DNA of 64,000 nt, from the NCBI RefSeq assembly GCF_009914755.1, contig NC_060948.1; one strand, given 5' to 3'. The notes under the pieces were generated by a model. That model had not been told where the DNA came from. It worked only from the letters and a program-made list of their open reading frames with translations, and did not search any database. Source of the DNA: the human T2T-CHM13v2.0 reference genome, Homo sapiens. Below, one piece after another: positions 20,402 through 37,328 of the stretch. The stretch's first letter is position 1. The number at the start of each line of letters is the position of its first letter. The position numbers and the translations under genes are program-made.

Positions 20402-22504
20402 AGATCCATATTTTTTAAATGAAAAAAAATTTCAAAGGTACTCTGCTTGGTACAATAATCAAATGTATAAACTGAGGAATAAAACATAACCATGAAACCT
20501 ACTTATAACTGCATATGGAAAATACAGAGGATAATTTTTTAAATAACATATTTTGAAAGCCTTAACTAGTAATTTGAAGAGTTGGCATTTGAAAGGCCAG
20601 TATGAATATACCTTCAAAGCAGCAACACAGGTTCCCCATGAGAAAAAGCAAACACAGGGAAAATAAAAACACAAAGGTTCAATCTCTTCTGACCTTTGAA
20701 AGACACAGCACAGACAGTGGTCCTTAGGACGAAGAGCAGGAGACCCCTAATTCCGTCACCATGGCGATAGGGCATAAACATTGCTGGGTGAGGGCACAAT
20801 CCACATTGTGAGGTCCAACTGCTGCCAGGAAGACAGGAGTGCTTTTACATAGACCGAAAGGTCATTGAAGGCTCAGAGTTTTGTTTCAAGAACTGAATCC
20901 CAAGCCCACACGTTATTAGGCTGCGCTTCCTAAATCAAGTTATGAGATGGGAAAAAGGGCACCCACAAACATACGTATACATTATGTATATAATAATATA
21001 CAGTATCATATTTATAATATATATAACCTATGTATAATATTGTTTTACATCCTGCATCTTATGTTATATATATTGTATAAAATATAATAATTGATAATAT
21101 ATGTTTTATATTTATACAATATAACATATAGTATATATTATAATTTATGACATATATAATATATGTTATATATCATATATAGAATATATTATACGGTTAA
21201 TATACGTATTAAATATAAATTATACATTATATATATTATATATAATATATCTGTTATATATAATACCCATTATGCATAATATATATATTATGTCTATGTT
21301 ATATATAGTATAGAACAACACATAATAATGTATAATTGTATATATAAAATGCGACATATAATATATATTATATTTTATGACATATATAATATATATTATA
21401 TATTATATATAATACGTTGTATGTATAATACCTATATTAAATATATATTATATGACTATGTTATTAATTACATGTCATATGTGTTATATATTATATATTT
21501 TACATAGAATATTCCAGTTACATACAATATATACTATGTTACCTACAATATATAATTGATTACATGTAAAATAAAGAATGCAATATATTATGTATAATTT
21601 ATAATATACAATATGTGGAATGTGATATATATAACATATAATATATGATATATGATATACAGTATATGATATATAACATACAATATATGATACCTAATAT
21701 ATATGGTATACAATATATATTTTATGATATGTATTCTCTATGTTTTATATTCTGTTATATATAACTATTTGAAATTATATATAACTGTATAATATTTTAT
21801 GTAAATATGTAATATAATATATATAACTATATAATATATTATATATAACTATATATTATGTTATATATACTTTTATAACTTAATTTACATAAAATATCAT
21901 AATATAATATATATTATATTGTTTCATATTACATAATATATATTACATATCACCCAATATAAGTAACATACATAATATTATAATATAGATTATATTATGT
22001 TATATTAAATATCATATATATCATATATCATATATTCTATAATATATATTACACATTATATAGTATGCATGTTGTCTATTATGTGATATATATAACTATA
22101 TATATAATTATATTATTATACATATAACTAGATAAACATGTAATTCTACAGATTTTCATTTATAATATATAGAATTATATAATCATATATAATTATTTAT
22201 ATTCTATAAAAAATTATATCATTATATAAATTATTATATATAAAAATTATAATATGTACTACAAATATATATATTATATATCATATATGATATAGTACCT
22301 TTGTTATATATCATAATACATATAAATGTGTATTATGTTATCTATAATTATATAATTTCATATATAAGATGTATAATATGTATCATATATTATATATGTT
22401 ATGTAATATATATAGTATATATAAGCTGACACAGGATAAATATTATATACTATGACATATAAAATATATGAGGTTATATGTTACATATAAGGCATAGCAC
22501 ATAA

Positions 22505-22819
<315 letters not shown>

Positions 22820-24945
22820 AGATCCATATTTTTTAAATGAAAAAAAATTTCAAAGGTACTCTGCTTGGTACAATAATCAAATGTATAAACTGAGGAATAA
22901 AACATAACCATGAAACCTACTTATAACTGCATATGGAAAATACAGAGGATAATTTTTTAAATAACATATTTTGAAAGCCTTAACTAGTAATTTGAAGGGT
23001 TGGCATTTGAAAGGCCAGTATGAATATACCTTCAATGCAGCAACACAGGTTCCCCATGAGAAAAAGCAAACTCAGGGAAAATAAAACCACAAAGGTTCAA
23101 TCTCTTCTGACCTTTGAAAGACACAGCACAGACAGTGGTCCTTAGGACGAAGAGCAGGAGACCCCTAATTCCGTCACCATGGCGATAGGGCATAAACATT
23201 GCTGGGTGAGGGCACAATCCACATTGTGAGGTCCAACTGCTGCCAGGAAGACAGGACTGCTTTTACATAGACCGAAACGTCATTGAAGGCTCAGAGTTTT
23301 GTTTCAAGAACTTAATCCCAAGCCCACACGTTATTAGGCTGCGCTTCTTAAAACAAGTTATGAGATGGGAAAAAGGGCACCCACAAACATACGTATACAT
23401 TATGTATATAATAATATACAGTATCATATATATAATATACATAACCTATGTATAATATTGTTTTACATCCTGCATCTTATATTATATATATTGTATAAAA
23501 TATAATAATTGAAAATATATAAGTTTTATATTTATACAATATGACATATAGTATATATTATAATTTATGACATATATAATATATGTTATATATCATATAT
23601 AGAATATATTATACGGTTAATATACGTATTAAATATAAATTATACATTATATATATTATATATAATATATCTGTTATATATAATACCCATTATGCATAAT
23701 ATATATATTATGTCTACGTTATATATAGTATAAAACAACATATAATAATATATAATTGTATATATAAAATGCGACATATAATATATATTATATTTTATGA
23801 CATATGTAATATATATTATACAGTATATATAATACGTTGTATGTATAATACCTATATTAAGTATATATTATATGACTATGTTATTAATTACATGTCACAT
23901 GTGTTACATATTATATATTTTACATAGAATATACCGGTTACATACAATATATACTATGTTACCTACAATGTATAATTTATTACATGTAAAATAAAGAATG
24001 CAATATATTATGTATAATTTATAATATACAATATGTGGTATGTGATATATATAATATATAATATATGATATATGATATACAGTATATGATATATAACATA
24101 CAATATATGATACCTAATATATATGGTATACAATATATATTTCATGATATGAATTCTATATGTTTTATATTCTGTTATATATAACTATTTGAAATTATAT
24201 ATAATTGTATAATATTTTAAGTAAATATGTAATATAATATATAACTATATAATATATCATATATAACTATATATTATGTTATATATACTTTTATAACATA
24301 ATTTACATAAAATATCATAATATAATACATATTATATTATTTCATATTACATAATATATATTACATATCACCCAATATAAGTAACATACATAATAGTATA
24401 ATATAGATTATATTATGTTATATTAAATATCATATATATCATGTATCATATATTCTATAATATATATTACACATTATATAATATGTATGTTGTCTATTAT
24501 GTGATATATATAACTATATATATAATTATATTATTATACATATAACTAGATAAACATGTAATTCTACATATTTTCATTTATGATATATAGAATTATATAA
24601 TCATATATAATTATTTATATTCTATAAAAAATTATATCATTATATAAATTATAATAAATAAAAATTATAATATGTACTACAAATATATATATTATATATC
24701 ATATATGATATAGTACCTTTGTTATATATCATAATACATATAAATGTGTATTGTGTTATCTATAATTATATAATTTCATATATAAGATGTATAATATGTA
24801 TCATATATTATATACGTTATGTAATATATATAGTATATATAAGATGACACAGGATAAATATTATATACTATGACATATAAAACATATGAGGTTATATGTT
24901 ACATATAAGGCATAGCACATAACATGTAATGTATATCATATATAA

Positions 24946-25237
24946 TATTTTTTGAGACAGAGTCTTGTCGTGTTGCACAGGGTGGGGTACAATGGCGCCA
25001 TCTTTGCTCACTGCAACATCTGCCTCACGGGTCCAAGCGATTGTCCTCCCTCAGCCTCCCAGGTAGCTGGGACTACACCACACTGGGACTACACCAGCTG
25101 CCACCATGCCTAGCTAATTTTTTGGATTTTTAGTAGTGACAGCGTTTCACTGTATTGGCCAGGATGGTCTTGATCTCTTCACCTTGTGATCCCCTTGCCT
25201 TGGCCTCCAAATTTGCTGGGATTACAGGCCTGAGCCA
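24946..25237 (-). mobile_element. Alu copy, U11
   Basis: Same Alu motifs; the tail is interrupted. Confidence 0.92.
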
Positions 25238-27361
25238 AGATCCATATTTTGTAAATGAAAAAAAATTTCAAAGTTACTCTGCTTGGTACAATAATCAAAT
25301 GTATAAACTGAGGAATAAAACATAACCATGAAACATACTTATAACTGCATATGGAAAATACAGAGGATAATTTTTTAAATAACATATTTTGAAAGCCTTA
25401 ACTAGTAATTTGAAGAGTTGGCATTTGAAAGGCCAGTAGGAATATACCTTCAAAGCAGCAACACAGGTTCCCCATGAGAAAAAGCAAACTCAGGGAAAAT
25501 AAAACCACAAAGGTTCAATCTCTTCTGACCTTTGAAAGACACAGCACAGACAGTGGTCCTTAGGACGAAGAGCAGGAGACCCCTAATTCCGTCACCATGG
25601 CGATAGGGCATAAACATTGCTGGGTGAGGGCACAATCCAGATTGTGAGGTCCAACTGCTGCCAGGAAGACAGTAGTGCTTTTACATAGACCGAAAGGTCA
25701 TTGAAGGCTCAGAGTTTTGTTTCAAGAACTGAATCCCAAGCCCACACGTTATTAGGCTGCGCTTCTTAAAACAAGTTATGAGATGGGAAAAAGGGCACCC
25801 ACAAACATACGTATACATTATGTATATAATAATATACAGTATCATATATATAATATATATAACCTATGTATAATATTGTTTTACATCCTGCATCTTATAT
25901 TATATATATTGTATAAAATATAATAATTGATAATATATAAGTTTTATATTTCTACAATATGACATATAGTATATATTATAATTTATGACATATATAATAT
26001 ATGTTATATATCATATATAGAATATATTATACGGTTAATATACGTATTAAATATAAATTATACATTATATATATTATATATAATATATCTGTTATATATA
26101 ATACCCATTATGCATAATATATATATTATGTCTATGTTATATATAGTAGAAAACAACATATAATAATATATAATTGTATATATAAAATGCGACATATAAT
26201 ATATATTATATTTTATGACATATGTAATATATATTATATAGTATATATAATACGTTGTATGTATAATACCTATATTAAATATATATTATATGACTATGTT
26301 ATTAATTACATGTCACATGTGTTATATATTATATATTTTACATAGAATATACCGGTTACATACAATATATACTATGTTACCTACAATGTATAATTTATTA
26401 CATGTAAAATAAAGAATGCAATATATTATGTATAATTTATAATATACAATATGTGGAATGTGATATATATAACATATAATATATGATATATGATATACAG
26501 TATATGATATATAACATACAATATATGATACCTAATATATATGGTATACAATATATATTTCATGATATGTATTCTATATGTTTTATATTCTGATATATAT
26601 AACTATTTGAAATTATATATAACTGTATAATATTTTATGTAAATATGTAATATAATATATAACTATATAATATATTATATATAACTATATATTATGTTAT
26701 ATATACTTTTATAACATAATTTACATAAAATATCATAATATAATATATATTATATTATTTCATATTACATAATATATATTACATATCACCCAATATAAGT
26801 AACATACATAATAGTATAATATAGATTATATTATGTTATATTAAATACCATATATATCATGTATCATATATTCTATAATATATATTACACATTATATAAT
26901 ATGTATGTTGTCTATTATGTGATATATAACTATATATATAATTATATTATTATACATATAACTAGATAAACATGTAATTCTACATATTTTCATTTATGAT
27001 ATATAGAATTATATAATCATATATAATTATTTATATTCTATAAAAAATTATATCATTATATAAATTATAATAAATAAAACTTATAATATGTACTACAAAT
27101 ATATATATTATATAACATATATGATATAGTACCTTTGTTATATATCATAATACATATAAATGTGTATTATGTTATCTATAATTATATAATTTCATATATA
27201 AGATGTATAATATGTATCATATATTATATATGTTATGTAATATATATAGTATATATAAGATGACACAGGATAAATATTATATACTATGACATATAAAACA
27301 TAAGAGGTTATATGTTACATATAAGGCATAGCACATAACATGTAATATATATCAGATATAA

Positions 27362-27653
27362 TTTTTTTTTAGACAGAGTCTTGTCGTGTTGCACAGGGTG
27401 GGGTACAATGGCGCCATCTTTGCTCACTGCAACATCTGCCTCACGGGTCCAAGCGATTGTCCTCCCTCAGCCTCCCAGGTAGCTGGGACTACACCACACT
27501 GGGACTACACCAGCTGCCACCATGCCTAGCTAATTTTTTGGATTTTTAGTAGTGACAGCGTTTCACTGTATTGGCCAGGATGGTCTTGATCTCTTCACCT
27601 TGTGATCCCCTTGCCTTGGCCTCCAAATTTGCTGGGATTACAGGCCTGAGCCA
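27362..27653 (-). mobile_element. Alu copy, U12
   Basis: Same Alu motifs as U1. Confidence 0.92.
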
Positions 27654-29779
27654 AGATCCATATTTTGTAAATGAAAAAAAATTTCAAAGGTACTCTGCTT
27701 GGTACAATAATCAAATGTATAAACTGAGGAATAAAACATAACCATGAAACATACTTATAACTGCATATGGAAAATACAGAGGATAATTTTTTAAATAACA
27801 TATTTTGAAAGCCTTAACTAGTAATTTGAAGAGTTGGCATTTGAAAGGCCAGTATGAATATACCTTCAAAGCAGCAACACAGGTTCCCCATGAGAAAAAG
27901 CAAACTCAGGGAAAATAAAACCACAAAGGTTCAATCTCTTCTGACCTTTGAAAGACACAGCACAGACAGTGGTCCTTAGGACGAAGAGCAGGAGACCCCT
28001 AATTCCGTCACCATGGCGATAGGGCATAAACATTGCTGGGTGAGGGCACAATCCACATTGTGAGGTCCAACTGCTGCCAGGAAGACAGGAGTGCTTTTAC
28101 ATAGACCGAAAGGTCATTGAAGGCTCAGAGTTTTGTTTCAAGAACTGAATCCCAAGCCCACACGTTATTAGGCTGCGCTTCTTAAAACAAGTTATGAGAT
28201 GGGAAAAAGGGCACCCACAAACATACGTATACATTATGTATATAATAATATACAGTATCATATATATAATATATATAACCTATGTATAATATTGTTTTAC
28301 ATCCTGCATCTTATATTATATATATTGTATAAAATATAATAATTGATAATATATAAGTTTTATATTTATACAATATGACATATAGTATATATTATAATTT
28401 ATGACATATATAATATATGTTATATATCATATATAGAATATATTATACGGTTAATATACGTATTAAATATAAATTATACATTATATATATTATATATAAT
28501 ATATCTGTTATATATAATACCCACTATGCATAATATATATATTATGTCTTTGTTATATATAGTATAAAACAACATATAATAATATATAATTGTATATATA
28601 AAATGCGACATATAATATATATTATATTTTATGACATATGTAATATATATTATATAGTATATATAATACGTTGTATGTATAATACCTATATTAAATATAT
28701 ATTATATGACTATGTTATTAATTACATGTCACATGTGTTATATATTATATATTTTACATAGAATATACCGGTTACATACAATATATACTATGTTACCTAC
28801 AATGTATAATTTATTACATGTAAAATAAAGAATGCAATATATTATGTATAATTTATAATATACAATATGTGGAATGTGATATATATAACATATAATATAT
28901 GATATATGATATACAGTATATGATATATAACATACAATATATGATACATAATATATATGGTATACAATATATATTTCATGATATGTATTCTATATGTTTT
29001 ATATTCTGTTATATATAACTATTTGAAATTATATATAACTGTATAATATTTTATGTAAATATGTAATATAATATATAACTATATAATATATTATATATAA
29101 CTATATATTATGTTATATATACTTTTATAACATAATTTACATAAAATATCATAATATAATATATATTATATTATTTCATATTACATAATATATATTACAT
29201 ATCACCCAATATAATTAACATACATAATAGTATAATATAGATTATATTATGTTATATTAAATATCATATATATCATGTATCATATATTCTATAATATATA
29301 TTACACATCATATAATATGTATGTTGTCTATTATGTGATATATATAACTATATATATAATTATATTATTATACATATAACTAGATAAACATGTAATTCTA
29401 CATATTTTCATTTATAATATATAGAATTATATAATCATATATAATTATTTATATTCTATAAAAAATTATATCATTATATAAATTATAATATATAAAAATT
29501 ATAATATGTACTACAAATATATATATTATATATCATATATGATATAGTACCTTTGTTATATATCATAATACATATAAAGGTGTATTATATTATCTATAAT
29601 TATATAATTTCATATATAAGATGTATAAAATGTATCATATATTATACATGTTATGTAATATATATAGTATATATAAGATGACACAGGATAAATATTATAT
29701 ACTATGACATATAAAACTTATGAGGTTATATGTTACATATAAGGCATAGCACATAACATGTAATATATATCATATATAA

Positions 29780-30071
29780 TTTTTTTTTAGACAGAGTCTT
29801 GTCCTGTTGCACAGGGTGGGGTACAATGGCGCCAACTTTGCTCACTGCAACATCTGCCTCACGGGTCCAAGCGATTATCCTCCCTCAGCCTCCCAGGTAG
29901 CTGGGACTACACCACACTCGGACTACAGCAGCTGCCACCATGCCTAGCTAATTTTTTGGATTTTTAGTAGTGACAGCGTTTCACTGTATTGGCCAGGATG
30001 GTCTTGATCTCTTCACCTTGTGATCCCCTTGCCTTGGCCTCCAAATTTGCTGGGATTACAGGCCTGAGCCA
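29780..30071 (-). mobile_element. Alu copy, U13
   Basis: Same Alu motifs as U1. Confidence 0.92.
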
Positions 30072-32174
30072 AGATCCATATTTTTTAAATGAAAAAAAAT
30101 TTCAAAGGTACTCTGCTTGGTACAATAATCAAATGTATAAACTGAGGAATAAAACATAACCATGAAACCTACTTATAACTGCATATGGAAAATACAGAGG
30201 ATAATTTTTTAAATAACATATTTTGAAAGCCTTAACTAGTAATTTGAAGAGTTGGCATTTGAAAGGCCAGTATGAATATACCTTCAAAGCAGCAACACAG
30301 GTTCCCCATGAGAAAAAGCAAACTCAGGGAAAATGAAACCACAAAGGTTCAATCTCTTCTGACCTTTGAAAGACACAGCACAGACAGTGGTCCTTAGGAC
30401 GAAGAGCAGGAGACCCCTAATTCCGTCACCATGGCGATAGGGCATAAACATTGCTGGGTGAGGGCACAATCCACATTGTGAGGTCCAACTGCTGCCAGGA
30501 AGACAGGAGTGCCTTTACATAGACCGAAAGGTCATTGAAGACTCAGAGTTTTGTTTCAAGAACTGAATCCCAAGCCCACACGTTATTAGGCTGCGCTTCT
30601 TAAAACAAGTTATGAGATGGGAAAAAGGGCACCCACAAACATACGTATACATTATGTATATAATAATATACAGTATCATATATATAATATATATAACCTA
30701 TGTATAATATTGTTTTACATCCTGCATCTTATGTTATATATATTGTATAAAATATAATAATTGATAATATATAAGTTTTATATTTATACAATATGACATA
30801 TAGTATATATTATAATTTATGACATATATAATATATGTTATATATCATATATAGAATATATTATACGGTTAATATACGTATTAAATATAAATTATACATT
30901 ATATATATTATATATAATATATCTGTTATATATAATACCCCTTAGGCATAATATATATATTATGTCTATGTTATATATAGTATAAAACAGCACATAATAA
31001 TATGTAATTGTATACATAAAATGCGACAAATAATATATATTATATTTTATGACATATGTAATATATATTATATATTATATATAATACGTTGTATGTATAA
31101 TACCTATATTAAATATATATTATATGACTATGTTATTAATTACATGTCACATGTGTTATATATTATATATTTTACATAGAATATACCGGTTACATACAAT
31201 ATATACTATGTTACCTACAATGTATAATTGATTACATGTAAAATAAGAATGCAATATATTATGTATAATTTATAATATACAATATGTGGAATGTGATATA
31301 TATAACATATAATATATGATATATGATATACAGTATATGATATATAACATACAATATATGATACCTAATATATATGGTATACAATATATATTTTATGATA
31401 TGTATTCTATATGTTTTATATTCTGTTATATATAACTATTTGAAATTATATATAACTGTATAATATTTTATGTAAATATGTAATATAATATATATTACTA
31501 TATAATATATTATATATAACTATATATTATGTTATATATAAATTCATAACATAATTTACATAAAATGTCATAATATAATATATATTATATTATTTCGTAT
31601 TACATTATATATATTACATATCACCCAACATAAGTAACATACATAATATTATAATATAGATTATATTATATTATATTAAATATCATATATATCATGTATC
31701 ATATATTCTAAAATATATATTACACATTATATAATATGTATGTTGTCTATTATGTGATATATATAACTATATATATAATTATATTATTATACATATAACT
31801 AGATAAACATGTACTTCTACATATTTTCATTTATAATGTATAGAATTATATAATCATATATAATTATTTATATTCTAAAAAAATTATATCATTATATAAA
31901 TTATAATATAAAAAATTTATAATATGTACTACAAATATATATATTATATATCATATATGATATAGTACCTTTGTTATATATCATATTACATATAAATGTG
32001 TATTATGATATCTATAATTATATAATTTCATATATAAGATGTATAATATGTATTATATATTGTATATGTTATGTAATATATATAGTATATATAAGATGAC
32101 ACAGGATAAATATTATATACTATGACATATAAAATATATGAGGTTATATGTTACATATAAGGCATAGCACATAA

Positions 32175-32489
<315 letters not shown>

Positions 32490-34592
32490 AGATCCATATT
32501 TTTTAAATGAAAAAAAATTTCAAAGGTACTCTGCTTGGTACAATAATCAAATGTATATACTGAGGAATAAAACATAACCATGAAACATACTTATAACTGC
32601 ATATGGAAATTACAGAGGATAATTTTTTAAATAACATATTTTGAAAGCCTTAACTAGTAATTTGAAGAGTTGGCATTTGAAAGGCCAGTATGAATATACC
32701 TCCAAAGCAGCAACACAGGTTCCCCATGAGAAAAAACAGACTCAGGGAAAATAAAACCACAAAGGTTCAATCTCTTCTGACCTTTGAAAGACACAGCACA
32801 GACAGTGGTCCTTAGGACGAAGAGCAGGAGACCCCTAATTCCGTCACCATGGCGATAGGGCATAAACATTGCTGGGTGAGGGCACAATCCACATTGTGAG
32901 GTCCAACTGCTGCCAGGAAGACAGGAGTGCTTTTACATAGACCGAAAGGTCATTGAAGGCTCAGAGTTTTGTTTCAAGAACTGAATCCCAAGCCCACACG
33001 TTATTAGGCTGCGCTTCTTAAAAGAAGTTATGAGATGGGAAAAAGGGCACCCACAAACATACGTATACATTATGTATATAATAATATACAGTATCATATA
33101 TTTAATATATATAACCTATGTATAATATTGTTTTACATCCTGCATCTTATACTATATATATTGTATAAAATATAATAATTGATAATATATAAGTTTTTTA
33201 TTTATACAATATGACATATAGTATATATTATAATTTATGACATATATATTATATGTTATATATCATATATAGAATATATTATACGGTTAATATACGAATT
33301 ATATATAAATTATATGTTATATACATTATATATAATATATCTGTTATATATAATACCCATTATGCATAATATATATATTATGTCTATGTTATATATAGTA
33401 TAAAACAACATATAATAATATATAATTGTATATATAAAATGTGACATATAATATATATTATATTTTATGACATATGTAATATATATTATATATTATATAT
33501 AATACGTTGTATGTATAATACCTATATTAAATATATATGATATGACTATGTTATTAATTACATGTGACATGTGTTACATATTATATATTTTACATAGAAT
33601 ATACCGGTTACATACAATATATACTATGTTACCTACAATGTATAATTTATTACATGTAAAATAAAGAATGCAATATATTATGTATAATTTATAATATACA
33701 ATATGTGGAATGTGATATATATAACATATAATATATGATATATGATATACAGTATATGATATATAACATACAATATATGATACCTAATATATATGGTATA
33801 CAATATATATTTTATGATATGTATTCTATATGTTTTATATTCTGTTATATATAACTATTTGAAGTTATACATAACTGTATAATATTTTATGTAAATATGT
33901 AATATAATATATAACTATATAATATATTATATATAACTATATATTATGTTATATATACTTTTATAACATAATTTACATAAAATATCATAATATAATATCT
34001 ATTATATTATTTCATATTACATAATATATATTACATATCACCCAATATAAGTAACATACATAATATTATAATATAGATAATATTATGTTATATTAAATAT
34101 CATATATATCATGTATCATGTATTCTATAATATATATTATACATTATATAATATGTATGTTGTCTATTATGTGATATATATAACTATATATATAATTACA
34201 TTATTATACATATAACTAGATAAACATGTAATTCTACATATTTTCATTTATAATATATAGAATTATATAATCATATATAATTATTTATATTCTATAAAAA
34301 ATTATATCATTATATAAATTATAATACATAAAAATTACAATATGTACTAAAAACAGATATATTATATATCATATATGATATAGTACCTTTGTTATATATC
34401 ATAATACATATAAATGTGTATTATGTTATCTATAATTATATAATTTCATATATAAGATGTATAATATATATTATATATTTTATATGTTATGTAATATATA
34501 TAGTATATATAAGATGACACAGGATAAATATTATATACTATGACATATAAAATATATGAGGTTATATGTTACATATAAGGCATAGCACATAA

Positions 34593-34907
<315 letters not shown>

Positions 34908-37035
34908 AGATCCATATTTTTTAAATGAAAAAAAATTTTAAAGGTACTCTGCTTGGTACAACAATCAAATGTATAAACTGAGGAATAAAACATAACCATG
35001 AAACCTACTTATAACTGCATATGGAAAATACAGAGGATAATTTTTTAAATAACATATTTCGAAAGCCTTAACTAGTAATTTGAAGAGTTGGCATTTGAAA
35101 GGCCAGTATGAATATACCTTCAAAGCAGCAACACAGGTTCCCCATGAGAAACAGCAAACTCAGGGAAAATAAAACCACAAAGGTTCAATCTCTTCTGACC
35201 TTTGAAAGACACAGCACAGACAGTGGTCCTTAGGACGAAGAGCAGGAGACCCCTAATTCCGTCACCATGGCGATAGGGCATAAACATTGCTGGGTGAGGG
35301 CACAATCCACATTGAGAGGTCCAACTGCTGCCAGGAAGACAGGAGTGCTTTTACATAGACCGAAAGGTCATTGAAGGCTCAGAGTTTTGTTTCAAGAACT
35401 GAATCCCAAGCCCACACGTTATTAGGCTGCGCTTCTTAAAACAAGTTGTGAGATGGGAAAAAGGGCACCCACAAACATACGTATACATTATGTATATAAT
35501 AATATACAGTATCATATATATAATATATATAACCTATGTATAATATTGTTTTACATCCTGCATCTTATATTATATATATTGTATAAAATATAATAATTGA
35601 TAATATATAAGTTTTATATTTATACAATATGACATATAGTATATATTATAATTTATGACATATATAATATATGTTATATATCATATATAGAATATATTAT
35701 ACGGTTAATATACGTATTAAATATAAATTATACATTATATATATTATATATAATATATCTGTTATATATAATACCCATTATGCATAATATATATATTATG
35801 TCTATGTTATATATAGTATAAAACAACATATAATAATATATAATTGTATATATAAAATGCGACATATAATATATATTATATTTTATGACATATGAAATAT
35901 ATATTATATATTATATATAATACGTTGTATGTATAATACCTATATTAAATATATATTATATGACTATGTTATTAATTACATGTCACATATGTTATATATT
36001 ATATATTTTACATAGAATATACCGGTTACATACAATATATACTATGTTACCTACAATGTATAATTGATTACATGTAAAATAATGAATGCAATATATTATG
36101 TATAATTTATAATATACAATATGTGGAATGTGATATATATAACATATATTATATGATATATGATATACAGTATATGATATATAACATACAATATATGATA
36201 CCTAATATATATGGTATACAATATATATTTTATGATATGTATTCTCTATGTTTTATATTCTGTTATATATAACTATTTGAAATTATATATAACTGTATAA
36301 TATTTTATGTAAATATGTAATATAATATATATAACTATATAATATATTATATATAACTATATATTATGTTATATATACTTTCATAACATAATTTACATAA
36401 AATGTCATAATATAATATATATTATATTATTTCATATTACATAATATATATTACATATCACCCAACATAAGTAACATACATAATATTATATTATAGATTA
36501 TATTATATTATATTAAATATCATATATATCATGTATCATATATTCTAAAATATATATTACACATTATATAATATGTATGTTGTCTATTATGTGATATATA
36601 TAACTATATATATAATTATATTATTATACATATAAATAGATAAACATGTAATTCTACATGTTTTCATTTATAATATATAGAATTATATAATCATATATAA
36701 TTATTTATATTCTATAAAAAATTATATCATTATATAAATTATAATATATAAAAATTATAATATGTACTACGAATATATATATTATATATCATATATGATA
36801 TAGTACCTTTGTTATATATCATAATACATATAAATGTGTATTATGTTATCTATAATTATATAATTTCATATATAAGATGTATAATATGTATTATATATTA
36901 TACATGTTATGTAATATATATAGTATATATAAGATGACACAGGATAAATATTATATACTATGACATATAAAATATATGAGGTTATATGTTACATATAAGG
37001 CATAGCACATAACATGTAATATATATCATATATAA

Positions 37036-37328
37036 TTTTTTTTTAGACAGAGTCTTGTCCTGTTGCACAGGGTGGGTTACAATGGCGCCAACTTTGCTCA
37101 CTGCAACATCTGCCTCACGGGTCCAAGCGATTGTCTTCCCTCAGCCTCCCAGGTAGCTGGGACTACACCACACTGGGACTACACCAGCTGCCACCATGCC
37201 TAGCTAATTTTTTTGAATTTTTAGTAGTGAGAGCGTTTCACTGTATTGGCCAGGATGGTCTTGATCTCTTCACCTTGTGATCCCCTTGCCTTGGCCTCCA
37301 AATTTGCTGGGATTACAGGCCTGAGCCA
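37036..37328 (-). mobile_element. Alu copy, U16
   Basis: Same Alu motifs as U1. Confidence 0.92.
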
